A program made the position numbers and the translations under genes. The notes below the pieces were generated by a model. The model saw only the letters and a list, made by a program, of their open reading frames with translations. It ran no database searches and was not told where the DNA came from. From an uncultured Gammaproteobacteria bacterium (GTDB lineage Bacteria > Pseudomonadota > Gammaproteobacteria > CAWCPV01), in the NCBI GenBank assembly GCA_963797555.1, contig CAWCPV010000004.1:480001-544000 (forward strand): DNA of 64,000 nt. The letters run 5' to 3'. Of this stretch, positions 63,649 to 64,000 are shown piece by piece (the first letter of the stretch is position 1; each line of letters opens with the position of its first letter).

Positions 63649-64000
63649 ATGCTCCATTTTCCGCTTCAGACTTCGGGTCTTTCTGTCCTCGCCGGGTGAC
63701 GTCGCTGACGAGCGCTCGCTGGCGCGCAGGCGGCTGCAGTACCTGAACAAGGACCCGTCGCTTCGGGGACGCGTGGCTCTGGAAGAGGTGTCCTGGGACG
63801 ACCCGGCCGCTCCGGTACCCTTGGCCGCACACCTCACCCCCCAGGAGGCCATCAACCAGCAGCGACCGAAGCCTTCCGACTGCGACATCGTGGTGGTGAT
63901 CCTGTGGTCCAGAATGGGAACGCCGCTGCCGGCCAGCGACCGAAAACCGGACGGCAGCCCTTACGCGTCGGGCACGGAGTGGGAATTCCTCGACGCGATC
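63649..64000 (+). CDS. DUF4062-like N-terminal domain protein, runs off the window end
   Basis: RVFLSSPGDVADER..SWDD..TPQEAIN..PSDCDIVVVILWSRMGTPL..SGTEWEF; ATG 63649 is 1 nt out of frame across a T run. Confidence 0.78.

Overview
GC-rich bacterial window, probably from a gammaproteobacterial assembly (inferred from gene content). It carries many single-base frameshifts that may be assembly errors. Left part (1-37 kb): a RAYT transposase running into type I hsdR, di-heme cytochrome c peroxidase, ADH, HAD, Fpg, a dense c-di-GMP/two-component cluster with a c-di-GMP-I riboswitch, two EF-G paralogs, an octaheme HAO-like cytochrome and a double-length UvrA. Middle (37-51 kb): an accessory island with many intact, broken and chimeric toxin-antitoxin modules, an orphan P-loop ATPase and the main finding, a diversity-generating retroelement cassette. 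Its target is a DUF4062-NACHT(with membrane insert)-FGE/C-lectin gene, whose variable region differs from a neighbouring template repeat at 22 positions, all TR adenines. The TR has its own candidate promoter and structured trailer, but no reverse transcriptase or avd is visible in the window. Right part: a repeat-flanked DUF1326/DUF2182/AcuC/PmtA module, an RND efflux operon, MITEs and the start of a second DUF4062-type gene. All alignments were done by eye.
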